Assembly: GCA_013239625.1 (NCBI GenBank)
Contig: MU054001.1
Location: forward strand, 809,884-873,883
DNA: 64,000 nucleotides
Reading direction: 5' to 3'
DNA from: Lama guanicoe
Taxonomy: Eukaryota
A program made the position numbers and the translations under genes. Numbering within the stretch: the first letter of the stretch is position 1; each line of letters starts with the position of its first letter. A model generated the notes under the pieces. The model was not told the DNA's origin and did not search any database. It saw nothing but the letters and a program-made list of their open reading frames with translations. This document shows positions 24,433 through 35,879 of this stretch, in pieces.

Positions 24433-24818
24433 TGCTGTGGACTAAATTGTGCCCCTCTCCCCAGTTCATATGCTGAACCCCAACACCCAATGTGGTTTCA
24501 CTTAGAGAGAGGCTTTTAGGAGGTAACTGAGGTTCAATGAGATGGTCAGGGTCAGGTACAAACCTAATAGGACGGTGGGACTTACAAGAAGAGAAAGATC
24601 TCTCTTTTTCCACTTACAAGTGGAAAAAGCCATGTGAGGACACAGCGAGATGGCGGCCATCTGCAAGCCGGGAAGAGCACTCTCACCAGAAATTCAACTG
24701 GCCGGCACCTTGATCTTGGACTTCCCAGCCTCTGGGACTGTAAGAAAGTAAATCTCTGTCGTTGAAGCCTCCCCGTCTATGGTATCTTGTTATAGGAGCC
24801 CTAGTGACTAATGTGACA
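24433..24818 (+). mobile_element. MLT1A/B solo LTR, full length
   Basis: Starts 'tgctgtggactaaattgtg', contains 'gccatgtgaggacacagcgagatggcggccatctgcaagcc' and 'caccttgatcttggacttcccagcctc', ends '...gactaatgtgaca'. Confidence 0.9.
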
Positions 24819-25049
24819 ACCTGTTAGGGCTCTCTATTCTTGTTCTTTATGTGTACATCTCTTCAGTAAGACTCGCATTCTTTGGAGGCTGAGTCCATGG
24901 CTCACCTGGCTTCGTACACGGGGGACTCAGCACCCTGCTTGGTAGACAGTGGATGATCATTAAATACCCGCCAATTACATAAACAAGGGGACACAGTTTT
25001 GTGTGACAAGAGAGCCCTGAGCCTTTTCTCATCCCATTTTGGCCACTTT

Positions 25050-25170
25050 GGCCACTTCTATACTCTGTGACCTCAAACAAGTCATTCACCATCTCTGTGC
25101 CTCAGTCTCCCCACCTTGGAACACATCAGGTTGGGCTGGCAGATTTCTAGGGTCTCAGAGACAGTGAGAT
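25050..25170 (+). mobile_element. MIR SINE
   Basis: 'ctgtgacctcaaacaagtcattcaccatctctgtgcctcagtctcc'. Confidence 0.7.
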
Positions 25171-25530
25171 TCTGCCTTTAATTAAAGACTGAGGTGGGGA
25201 GAGCTGGGTAACAGGGCAGAGCCTACAACTGGAGCCTAGAATGAGGCTGCTGCCTCCCCCCACCCCAGGCATCAGGAAGAAGATTGGAGATGACATTGGA
25301 CTAGCAGGAAGATGCCAAGATGGGTTCGCTAGGCAGCTTGAGTTGGGGGTGTGGAGGATGCAGGCTCAGGACTGAGCAAACACAGCTCTCACTCTGGGTG
25401 CCTCGAAGCTCTGGTTCCTGCCTGCCCTGTGGGCTGGGGAAGGGGTGCAGAGCTTCCTGTCCAGAACTCATGGATGCAAGCCTTCTGGAGTGCAGAGTTG
25501 GCTGAAACAGATATGATTGTCCATCTAGTC

Positions 25531-25700
25531 CAGTGCTTTTCAACAGCCATGCATATGGAAACACCAGGAGGGGTGCTTGTTAAATCCTTGTGCCCCTATC
25601 CTAAGCCTCGCCTTCTTAACTGGTCCAGTAAAGGGATGCTCCAACTTGGGGATCTCTACCGGGCCACCCTGGAGAGCCAGGAATGCTTCCTGGATATGCT
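25531..25700. mobile_element. MER5-type fragment
   Basis: 'cagtgcttttcaac...tgcatatggaaacaccaggaggggtgcttgttaaa'. Confidence 0.45.
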
Positions 25701-26129
25701 CCTGTCAACCAGCCTTGCCTGTCACTAACTCACTCATAACCTTGGGTCAGTCACATCGACTCTCTGAGTCTTAGTGTCTTCATCTCTGAAAGGAGCATGG
25801 TAGCATTTGCCTCTCCTAGGGCAGGTGCTGGTCTGCCTATGAAGGCTGTTTCTCTGTAAGAGCACACCGTTTGAGCCCCACGCTGAAGTTCACAAGCCCT
25901 CCGAGGCAATAGACAACATGTTTGCCTGCAAAAGTGGAAAACTAGAAACAACCTAAAATACATGATGATACGTCCCTGCAATGGACCATTTTGCATCCAT
26001 CCAGTGAAAATGCCTCTGATGTAAGGTTAAGTTAAAGTAAGTAGTCGCAAACCAATATACAGAGCATGACGCTGTTTTTGTAAAATATGTGTGTAGTGTG
26101 GGTGTGTGTTCACTCTTTCAACACATCTG

Positions 26130-26365
26130 TAGAGGCATGGGCTCTGGGAAGTAGACGGACCTCTGATCTGGACGCATTTAGTACCCTCAAGAATGGGCAA
26201 TTTATGAACATCACTACTGCCTCCGTTTCCTTATCTGTAAGATGGGGGTGATACGGATACCTGCTGCCTCACAGGAGTGTTATAAAGATTACATGAGTCA
26301 ATACAGAGTAAGGTTCTTAGCACACGCTCGCAATAGATATCCAGTAAAATGTGAGCTGTTATTAG
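26130..26365 (+). mobile_element. MIR SINE
   Basis: 'gcctccgtttccttatctgtaagatggggg...agattacatgag...cttagcaca'. Confidence 0.75.
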
Positions 26366-26674
26366 TTACATAAAAGCGTTTTTTAAAAAATTCAGACAGG
26401 ATGCACACCCAAATGATAACCATGGTCACCAATCATTCCTGAATGACTAATTACCAGACAATTTTTTCTCAGGAAGAAAAATAACTGGGACAGAGCGTAT
26501 ATCCTTTTCATATGGAAAGATGTCCAAAAGCAATTGGGTAGGAAGAAAAGTGGGCTCTCTAACAGGCTGCGTGATGGAAACTCAGATTGCCAATAAGAAT
26601 GAAATGTTGGTATGCACAGCGAGAGAAGCCTGGAAGCTAGTAGATCCCTCCTCTCACGGTGATTCCTTCAGGAG

Positions 26675-26773
26675 CAGGACTGGGATTGGAGGGAGGACTG
26701 GCCAGGCACCCAGGGCACAGAATTTGCACCAGCCGCTACGGGCCCCTCTCCCCTCCCCCGAGTCCCAGGCCTG
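26675..26773. mobile_element. Short hAT-Blackjack MITE (MER81-like) with terminal inverted repeats
   Basis: Ends 'caggactgggattggagggagg' and 'ctccctcccccgagtcccaggcctg' are imperfect inverted repeats; internal 'cagggcacagaattt'. Confidence 0.5.
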
Positions 26774-26899
26774 CCCAGCGGCGTGAGCGTCCAGGAACCG
26801 TCATTTACTACACTCGCCACTTCTGTATGGTTGTAGTTATTTTAACAATTATTCTTTATTTCCGTGTTGGATGTTATTCTTTATAATAATAAAGAATTG

Positions 26900-27003
26900 A
26901 AAATATGAAAAGGAATATATGTACATATACGTGGGGCTGGGACAGTGTGCTAAACACCAGAAATTGACACATTGTAATTGCCTGTACTTCAATAAAAAAA
27001 GAG
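26900..27003 (+). mobile_element. Severely 5'-truncated young camelid-type L1 with TSD
   Basis: 'aatatgaaaaggaatatatgt...caccagaaattgacacattgtaattgcctgtacttcaataaaaaaa' flanked by aaagaattg at 26891 and 27004. Confidence 0.85.
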
Positions 27004-27080
27004 AAAGAATTGTTTATTTAAATAATATGATAACTGTTTTGACAATTATTCTTTATTTCTGTTTGTCTCTATTTTCTTTC

Positions 27081-27196
27081 TTTTTCGTTTTTTGTGGAAC
27101 GCTTCATGAATTTGCGTGTCATCCCTGCCCAGGGACCGTGCTAACCTTCTCTGTGTTGTTCCAGTCTTTCAGTGTACGCGCTGCCGAAGCGAGCAC
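27081..27196 (-). pseudogene. RNU6: Processed U6 snRNA pseudogene (near full length, A-rich tail, 13-bp TSD)
   Basis: Reverse complement reads GTGCTCGCTTCGGCAGCGCGTACACTGAAAGACTGGAACAACACAGAGAAGGTTAGCACGGTCCCTGGGCAGGGATGACACGCAAATTCATGAAGCGTTCCAC plus an A-rich tail; TSD tctattttctttc (27068) / tctattttgtttc (27197). Confidence 0.95.
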
Positions 27197-27399
27197 TCTA
27201 TTTTGTTTCATGTTTGTTTTATTTACTCAAAAGCAATACTGTGTATTTCCTTAACAGGTCGGGGTATCAGTAAAGATGTAATGCAATCATAATACCAGTA
27301 CTCACAGCTGTCATTGGCCCATTTGGATCCCAGGTATGGAGTTGCTCCCCACAACCCTGCCTGGTCCTCGGTGCGGTATTTACCCTCTGAAAGAACTGC

Positions 27400-27660
27400 T
27401 CCATCCAGCCCTTTTGGAGCTCCTGCTGTGTGCCCGGCTTAGCTCAGCTCCCTCTCCTGCCAGCCTTCCATGTAGGGTCTGTTAATATCCCCACTTTTAT
27501 GTGGTTTCCTTTAAAACCCATTTTTAAATGAGGAAATTCGAAGTTTAGAGACCTCAAGAGACTAGCATGAGACCAACTAGTAAGAGTTTAAGGTGGGACC
27601 TGAGCCCTGGGATTCGGGCTCTGGAGCAGGTACTTTCCCAGAGAGCCCACCCTGCTCTAC
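27400..27660 (-). mobile_element. MIR SINE (diverged)
   Basis: 'cccatttttaaatgaggaaattcgaagtttagagac...actagtaag...gggacctgagccc'. Confidence 0.65.
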
Positions 27661-28639
27661 TCAGTCCAGATTTATCCACGTAATTACATCTTCAACTATC
27701 CTGCCCTGGGGGGCACTTTTTTTTTTAATTTGGTGGAGCTGTATGCCACCAAACATCCCACCAAGGAAACCCCAGTCTCGGCCCCATCCCTGGGCTGCAC
27801 CAGCTTTTCTTTCCCCCCTTTTGTTAAGAGGCCTCGTCTCTGACTTGATGAAAACATTTGTAATAGATAATCAAATGCTGATATGTTGCAAGGGACAATG
27901 CCTTATTTGTTAAATATAAATGAACATGAACACGGGTCCTCGGTGCCAGAAAGGCAAAGGGTTCTGAGGCCTTTTCAGGGGCACAGGCTGAGCCCCCGGG
28001 GAAAGAAAGCCAGGCGCCTGTAAAGGGCCTCGTCTAGGACGGTGATCGTCCGACAGCTCTTGTGTGACAAGATACATAGTTTCTTTTCAGCAACAGGCAG
28101 ATTATCGGTTACTATAGTTTCCCTAATGCTCAAATACAGCTCAGGCCTAAGCTGAACAGAATAGGTTAAAAGGTGCCGAAGTTTGGCCCGGGAAACCACA
28201 TGTTGAGAATCAGACACCAAACAAAGCAAAAAGCACATCTCCCTGGTCTTTGATGTCTTTTCTGAGGGATGTAGAGTGAGAAAAAGACAACCGGTGCTCA
28301 GGCCAGGGGCTCGATGGGCCCCTGTGACAATGGCCGGCCGGGTGGGAGCTGAGCACAATGCCCAGACAATGTCCCCAATCCCGGGCAGCCCCGGGCGCGC
28401 TGTGCCTTCACAAACACCCTGCTGGAAACAGCATTTTAGCTCCCAGTTTCTTAGAAAGTTCCTGCCTGCCTCCCCAGCCCTGCTAAACCTCCTCCCTTCC
28501 AAACCCGACCCTTTTACAAGGTTCCTCCTGAGAGAGGCGACTTTCTCGCTCAAATGCCACTGCCCCCAGCCCAGCCGCCCGAACACAGCCCCTGAGTGCA
28601 CCACTTTTCCGCAGGCTTTAAATTTTCCTAGATCTGCAT

Positions 28640-29330
28640 AAACATCCTTCCTCAACCCTTCCAATAATTCATCTCGGCTCTAAAATATTGCCTTGTGTAT
28701 CCCTTGGAGGTGACAGTGTGACGTTTTTTCATAAACGGGATTAAATTAACCACTATTTATGCCGGCAATGTGGGTTCCTCCTCTTCTGCCGGGATCTGTT
28801 TATTTCATTTGGCTTTTTATTTAAATTTAGGGAGCAAGATAAATGGGCTTTCGTATTTGGAGATCTCCATCCATCACCAGTCGGCTGCATCTGGGAACCT
28901 AAGTGCATGGGAGATTATGAGCGAGGGAGAGACGGCCGGCAGGCTGCAAGCTCCAAGCTCGTGCAGGGAGTTCTGAATGTTTTTTGGTGGTTGTTGCAGT
29001 ATTGTGCTTCTGGTTGTCATTAGTTCTTTATAATGTTTCATGAAAAATATCTAATTGTAACAACTGTATTCCAAGAGTGAACATCTTCCTTGAATTGAAG
29101 CGCTCACAATGGCCGCAGGATAACTGTCCTTGAATTTGAGCCCTTTGTGGGCTGTCAATAGGCTTACAATGTGCTGAATTAGCAGGCATATTAATGGGCA
29201 GATGCAATAGGAGCCTTTCTTCAGCCTCAAATCTTCTTATGCAAATACCCCATGAATTCAGTTCAAAGCGCTGCCTTCAAAATGAGCTGATCTCGCCCGC
29301 TCAGAAGGGACCCCGGGAGAAAGTGACATG
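28640..29330. promoter_or_regulatory. Candidate conserved non-coding element/developmental enhancer
   Basis: Repeat-free; octamer ATGCAAAT 29239, TTCAAAG 29262, ACAATG 29106/29166, TGACAG 28711, CTGTCA 29152, several homeodomain cores and retained CpGs; conservation not tested. Confidence 0.5.
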
Positions 29331-29789
29331 AGAAAAGTTTCGACACTTGTTTTTATAACTGGACATGATCTTGTTATCATAATCTGATACTGGTCACTTG
29401 CATGGCCGGCTTGTAGGATTTTAAACCCTTAACAGAGAGAGATAATCTTGGCCTTTGTCGGAGTGTGGACAGAATCCCGGCGTGCAGGGAAGCCGGCAGG
29501 GAGAAGCACAGTTCTTGCTTTCTCAAACAAACCTTTTCATGATAAAAGCTTTTATACTGGGATAATCACCCGGCTGGATTTCAGTGGTGTTGGTAAGGTG
29601 TTGGCAAAGGGCAGGAATGGCACATTTTTTTTTTAAATGAAAATGACCAATTCTGGAGATTATCCGCAATCACACTGAATTAGCTCTCAGAGTCCCAAAA
29701 TCGGCCGTTGGAGTGTTTTCAAAGATCCCAAAGAAAACCAGATTTTGGTCACCCCTTCCTAGCCTGAGGCAAGATAACACAAGGGTAGC

Positions 29790-29980
29790 TAACACTCCTG
29801 CGGCACCAAAGTGTGCCAGGCATTTTTATGCTGTTCTTAGCCTTTTACACATATCAGCTCGTGTAATTTTCACCAATACCCTATGAAGTAGCTACTATGA
29901 TTGGCGCCAATTACGGATGAGAAAAATGAAGGAAGGGGTTAAGTTATTTGTCCAGGCGTTGAGAGGTTATGAAGTCCCTC
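29790..29980 (-). mobile_element. MIR SINE
   Basis: 'gtgtgccaggcatttt...ccctatgaagtag...ttacggatgagaaaaatgaagg...ggttaagttatttgtcca'. Confidence 0.75.
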
Positions 29981-30600
29981 CAGGGGAGAAAAACGCACCG
30001 CGCGGGCACATCAGCTCATTCCAGAGGGAAGTGGTCATTCCCCCAGGAAGACGTTTCCTGGCAGAGGAGTCTCCCCTCCCCCGGCCCCTGTGAGCTGAGC
30101 GGCCGCACAGCGTGAGGGCATTTGGCCAGTCGGCCCCCATACAGTGGTCTCTCCTCTTTGACACAGTTACATGACAAATGTGTATCTATAAAAGTGTTTT
30201 AAAGGAGAATATACATTTAATAGTAATGCTCCTTCATATCATACTATTATAATTGTATCTAGAACCGAATCCCATGGCCCCATGAAAGTTACAGACACGG
30301 AGATGGTACGTTATAAACCGAAAGTCAGTGATGTCGCTTAAGGAGAAGTGACGGATTGGGCCGTATCACCGTTAACAGGAACAGCCGGCATGTTCGGACT
30401 ATTTGTGCGTTATTTACTCATTCATTTACTGAGTGTCGCCTCGTTTGTTCCTTACCTGCACGCTGTGAAGGGAGGCCTATGATGTCCGTTTTACAGCTGA
30501 GGAAACCGATTTATCCAAATTTGCCTTCCCATCACCAAAAGTCAGTTTTAGTCCCATTTCTTGTCCCTTTGCTCCTCATCTCTCTCTGTAAGAGTTTTAT

Positions 30601-30660
30601 GATTATTATTATTACTGTAATAGAGATACTAAGATTGAACCCAGGTCCTCATGCATGCCA
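30601..30660 (-). mobile_element. Truncated Vic-1-type SINE fragment
   Basis: Reverse complement 'tggcatgcatgaggacctgggttcaatcttagtatctctatt' matches the B-box half of the SINE at 15752. Confidence 0.6.
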
Positions 30661-30771
30661 ACCACCATTAGGCTAGTCCCTCAGGCCCCTCGCTGTAAGA
30701 AGGTGTGGTTCATTACATTATTGCTTTGCATTTCCCACATTGGGTGTATGTGTGCCAATGTTTGTGTTTTC

Positions 30772-30774
<3 letters not shown>

Positions 30775-30809
<35 letters not shown>
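30775..30809. repeat. (TG)n microsatellite
   Basis: Seen directly. Confidence 0.95.
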
Positions 30810-30812
<3 letters not shown>

Positions 30813-31274
30813 GTGTGGAGGATGATTGTGGGGAGGAGGAGGGAGAGAAGAAACAGAATGATTTACCACTAGGGAGACTGAAGAACGAAGAGACAAAGAA
30901 CTTGCTCAGAGTCCTGGATCTGGGTCAACCCCTCCAAGATACCCTTGGGCAAGAGACTCTCCCACCCCAGACTTGGGACGCTAAAGGTTTATTACCAAAA
31001 AGAATTTAAAAACAAAAGGGTAAGACATGTCTGTGCTTCCCAGAATAACACAGTGATAACTACAACAGTAATAACAATAAATGCTAATAACATTAGGCAC
31101 TAATTCTAGGTGCTTTCTCATGCCCCGGGCACCCTGCTAATATGTGGATAATCCACTAGCCATAGATGAGAGAATGGAAAGGAAGAAAAACGCCTCATAT
31201 GGAACAAAATAAGCAACTATTGGGAACATAGAATAGGAGTGGGGGGAAGTTAGATAAATGGTGAATTAGTCTGC

Positions 31275-32217
31275 TTATGCAATTTATTATATTAGTCTGC
31301 GATAACAAACACCACAGACCAGGTGGCTTAAACAGAATTTTTTCTCATCGCTCTGAAGGGTGGACGTCTACGCTCAAGGTGCCGTCAGGGTTGGTGTCTG
31401 GTGAGGCATCTCCTCCTGGCTTGCAGACGCCCACTTTCTCATTTTGTCCCCCACATGACCGTTGCCCTGTGTGCTCACAGAGACAGAGAGACTGGGAGAC
31501 AGAGAGAGAGAAGGAGAACACATTCTCGTGTCTTTTCCTCTTCTTAGAAGGACACTAGTCAGATTAGAGCCCTGCCTTTATAACCTTTTGTATATATCAA
31601 TGTGACACTACGCAGCCATAAAAAAAGAATAAAATAATGCCATTTGCAGCAACATGGATGGAGCTGGAGATCATCATTCTAAGTGAAGTAAGTTAGAATG
31701 AGAAAGAAAAATATCATATGATATCACTTATATGTGGAATCTTAAAAAAAAAAAGACACAGATGAACTTCTTCACAAAAGAGACTCGCAGACAGAGAAAA
31801 AAAAAAACTTATGGTTACCAAGGTGGGGTGGGGAGGGATAAATTGGGAGGTCGAGATTTGCAATACTAACTACCTTATATAAAATAGATAAACAACAAGT
31901 TTCTACTGTATAGCACAGGGAACTCTATTCAATATCTTGTAGTAACCCACAATGAAAAAGAATATGAAAACAAATATATGTGTGTACATGTATGACTGAA
32001 ACGTTATGCTGTATGCCAGAAATGGACACACCACTGTAAACTGACTATACTGCAACTAAAAAAACCCCAAAAATATGGAAACCAGTCTGATTAGAGCCCA
32101 TCCTTATAACCTCATTTAACCTTAATTACCTCCCTAAAGCCCCTGTCTCCAGACACAGTCACACTGGGGTCTAGGGCTTCAACATATAAATTTTGGGATG
32201 ATACAATTCAGTCCGTA
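31275..32217 (-). mobile_element. MLT1A/B LTR interrupted by an L1
   Basis: 'ataacaaacaccacagaccaggtggcttaaacagaattt...tcaaggtgccgtcagggttggtgtctggtgagg' resumes as 'acctcatttaaccttaattacctccctaaagccc...acaattcagtccgtaa'. Confidence 0.85.
31590..32075 (+). mobile_element. Young camelid-type L1 3' end
   Basis: 'cagccataaaaaagaataaaataatgccatttgcagcaacatggatgg...atagataaacaacaag...tatagcacagggaact...tgtaaactgactatac' plus tail. Confidence 0.9.
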
Positions 32218-32289
32218 ATAAATGGAGATTCTCGGAACACTGAACTAGAGATGGCAGAATTTGACGCTGAATGAATGATTCTAAAAAGG

Positions 32290-32440
32290 AAGCTGCGACT
32301 AGGCAGACTGGTTGTGTTTGGTCTGCACAGTATTTTAAAAATGGAGAGAGAAAACACACCAATACTGGCATTTTCAATGTCCTTTTAAAAGATGAGAGTT
32401 CTGGCAACACTGGGCCGGCCTTCTGAAACGGCAGTAGCTG
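32290..32440. mobile_element. MER103-like hAT-Charlie fragment
   Basis: 'gtgtttggtctgcacagtattttaaaa' and 'gagttctggcaacactgggcc'. Confidence 0.5.
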
Positions 32441-32505
32441 GCTGGCTGGTGCTTTGTATAAGCAACAAGTTCACTTTTCCAAAGTCCCCACCCCTCCCTA
32501 TCGTG

Positions 32506-32854
32506 CAAGCCCACAACTCCTCACCCAAAACTTTAGGGCTCAGTTGCATCTCTGAATTTAGAATTGTTTTTATTTTAGAGAGACAATACAGTACGTATAC
32601 TCTATTACCTTATACCCACCGCAAGATCGGGGGCAGCACCCCCATAATCGATCAACTAACATTTCTGTAGTAAAATGTGTAAATATTCACAGTAAGGACC
32701 CTAAAGGCTTTAAGTAGCCTTCAGTCTGTTCTGGTCAGTTTCTGGTGCCAAATAAGACGGCACCAGGACAGGTTTTGCCCCAGATGGTTTACGGCAAATG
32801 TGCAATGTCCAAAGGTTTTGCATTTGGGAATTTCAAGTAAGGGATTTGGCCCTG
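32506..32854. mobile_element. Ancient TcMar-Tigger-type MITE
   Basis: Imperfect TIRs 'caagcccacaactcctcac' and 'taagggatttggccctg', with internal 'gggggcagcacccccataatc'. Confidence 0.6.
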
Positions 32855-34609
32855 TCTTCTCCACACCCAGCCTGCTTCACCAGCCTGTGCTCTAACTGGG
32901 CCCCAACAGGCATCTGCTTTTAACTTTTGCTTCAACAGGTGAGGGGCAGGGGACAGTTTGTAAGGGAAAGAAGGGTTTCTAAGCACAAAGGCTTGGAGGC
33001 AGGAAAGGGTTGGCATATTTCAGGGAGATATTTGCTGGCAAAAGTTGAAGGAAATAGATTTTCTTTAAAACAATTTCAGGGAAGGGAAACATACTTCAGA
33101 AAATCATTCAGGTTAAAAGCAGCAGCGTGTCCCTCTTGTGGTCCCGCCTGGGTCCGCTGAATGGCATTTCAGGCTGGGGGTTAAGGGGTTGGCAACTCTA
33201 GGTGATTCTGCAGAAGCCTGTGCAGACACTGGCTCTTGAGCAGTGAGGATGAGGATTGCACTGTTGATAACATCACCCCACAGCCCTGTTGGCTCTGCCC
33301 ATGAGTTTGGACAGGTTGAGATGTCAGAGTCATCAGAAATTAACTTCACCAGACAAGTCACATGGACCCACGAACGTAATGAAATGCCCCATTTCCTGTT
33401 GCATCTAGGGTCACAAGGAGAAAAGAAACGAAAAAGATCCCTATTATTTCTTTATTGTTTTTCTCGAACCCATGCTTGTTTACCATTCAAACAGACCACT
33501 TAAAAACATAATTCAGGTTGCTTCCCTCCCCTGCTGGACGGCTTCACAGCAATGAACAAAACAGACCAAGGTCTCCGCCCCACCCCGCAAAGCTTCAGAT
33601 TTTCGTGGGGGAGGCTGGTCTTCTGACCCCTCCCACTGTGCCTGTACCCATGTCAGATGACGACCCTGAAAGCCACGAGTCCATTGTCAGTGCCCCTTCA
33701 TGAGGGGAAACTGAGGCACATCTAGTGGAAAGATTTGCCATGGTCCTTTATCCTGATTTGGCCACATCAGCACTTCTTAGGTGCAAATCAAGTGGTGATA
33801 ACTTATGTCTTCCTTCGAGCGCATTGGAACGTTCACCCCAAGAAAGATCACTCATTTCGTTTGTTTGGTCCGCTGGTTTGGTTCTTCCTTCCTTCGACCA
33901 TCGATGTAGAAAGGATCTCAGGAGATGACTGTGGTTTAGATCGCCATCCCTCTACAAGCACATGCCGCTCTGCAGAAGGGGCTCAACTTGCCCCGGAGTT
34001 TTTCCTGGAGGGTAATTGGAAACTGTGGCTAACGTAGCATGGCTTTTCCAATTGAGTTGAAAAGTTCATCAAAATGTCATTAATCTGCTTCCCATAGCCT
34101 TTCTTGATGAAGTCAAACTTGTGTCTGACCGATTATTTATGAAGCAGAACTCTGGAGGGGGCTGTCTTGGCATCTGCGGCCCAACATCTGTTCGGAGAAG
34201 GGAATGAGTACCTGACACCGGGGGTGGGGGTGGGGGTGCTCCGGGTCCTCCTCAAATGCCACCACCGCCCACTCCCAGACAAAGGAGACCCTGCGGTCCA
34301 CACAGGTCGTTTCTAACTGATCAACAACGTTTGATGGCTAAGTTCTGTTGAGCATCTACTGCGTATAAAGTATGATGGAAGAAACCAGAAAAAAAAAAGT
34401 AATCCCTTGTCATCCTGGGGTGACTGTTGGGAAGAAACTCTTGCATATTTCAAACTGGCACTAACCCACATTTGATTTCCCTCAGGCTGTCCTCTGGAAG
34501 TAAGTACCAGAAGAGCCTGGACCCCAGGCTGGCCTTCTGAGCTCTGCTCCACAGTGGGGCTGGCAAACAAGTGAACCCAGAACGTTGCTTCATGGCTATA
34601 GTCCTGACA

Positions 34610-34830
34610 ATGACAATGAGGACAGTGATGGTAGCTACCGTGCACTTCTATATTCTGGACACACAGTTCTTACTTTATCCCAGTGCAAGAGGCATTATTA
34701 GGCTGTTTCTTCTGATAAAGAAACATAGACTCCAAGAAGTTTGGAACCCCTGGGGGTATGGTTCCCTTGCCCAGGGTCTTAGGATCAAGGTTGGAACCTG
34801 AATCTATGTGACAGAAGGATGTTCTGACAC
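34610..34830 (-). mobile_element. MIR SINE (diverged)
   Basis: 'gataaagaaacatagactcc...cttgcccagggtc...ggaacctgaatctatgtgac'. Confidence 0.5.
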
Positions 34831-35879
34831 TTAGTTGCCATGATAGTTGGGAGTTTTTAGTGTTTTGTTTTTGGGGGGTTTTTTGGAAGCAGAGGGTGGA
34901 GGTTTGCTTACAAACCAATTTCCTTCAGGCAGAGAGGACACTTCTCTGCCTAATTGTCCAGAGGGTCACAGATCCACCTCGTCTACGCAACATAGTTTTT
35001 GATGACTTGGATACAAATCGCAAACCAGCGGCAGCTTAAGAGGACACACACCCTACTGGGAGCCACAGGGTGAGTGGGATCACAGAATCAGTGACGACCA
35101 AGGAGAAAAATCCAGGAAACGGTCAGTGGGTCTGAGAATGGGCTGCAACTGTGGGCTCCCGGAGGCCACTCTGATCCAGCCACACACCCCGAGGCTTGCA
35201 CATGCCTCCGGGGGTTCTGAGAAGAAGAGAGACTGCCGTGTTCTGGGGCAGCTGCCACCCTCGGCCTGGCCTGGTGTTCCTGTGGTTCCCCTGGTCCGTC
35301 AAGGCAGCAGAAATACGGCAGGCGGGGTGGCTGGGACTTCTGCCAGCAAGCTCAGCATGTGTCATTAGATGGTATTTCTATGGGTCAAGTTTTCCTTTTT
35401 GACAGAAAGGGAGAAGGAGACAGAACCCAGGTTTCTGGAGTTTCAGAAGCTTTAGCGGCTCCTGACAGTGCCTGGGGTCAGCCACCACCAACTGCTCAGG
35501 ACTCAGCCGGATCCTGTTTAATGAGCTTCTAGGTTCCCCAAAGACATCTTTACTAATGTCCGACTCCAGAGTGTGGCTCCTTAAGGTCCAGCTTCCCACA
35601 TCTTCTGAGACCTCCGCAGGGAGAGGAGGGGTGGGAGGCACAGGCCCACAGACTCCTGGGTTTCTTGGTGCTTGTGTTTTACGGTTTGAGCTGATTCTTC
35701 TTCTTCCTCCTCCTCTCTCTTCTTCCTCCTCCTCCTCCCCAATATTTTCAGTACGTTGATAGGTTTCGTATCATAAAGTGAAATCTATCAGCCCAAGACA
35801 TCAGCACACCACTCGCACCTTGGGGTTGGTGGGGGCTGTTCTATAAGATACACCGCCTCCAGTAAGGTCTTTCTAGCTT

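Noticed and set aside
27094..27196. Functional U6 snRNA gene
   Set aside because: A-rich tail instead of an oligo-T terminator, flanking TSD, about 14% divergence, and no recognisable upstream PSE/TATA.
27975..28664. Longest ORF in the track (229 aa, minus strand)
   Set aside because: No recognisable domain, composition typical of chance frames in GC-rich DNA, and no supporting gene structure.
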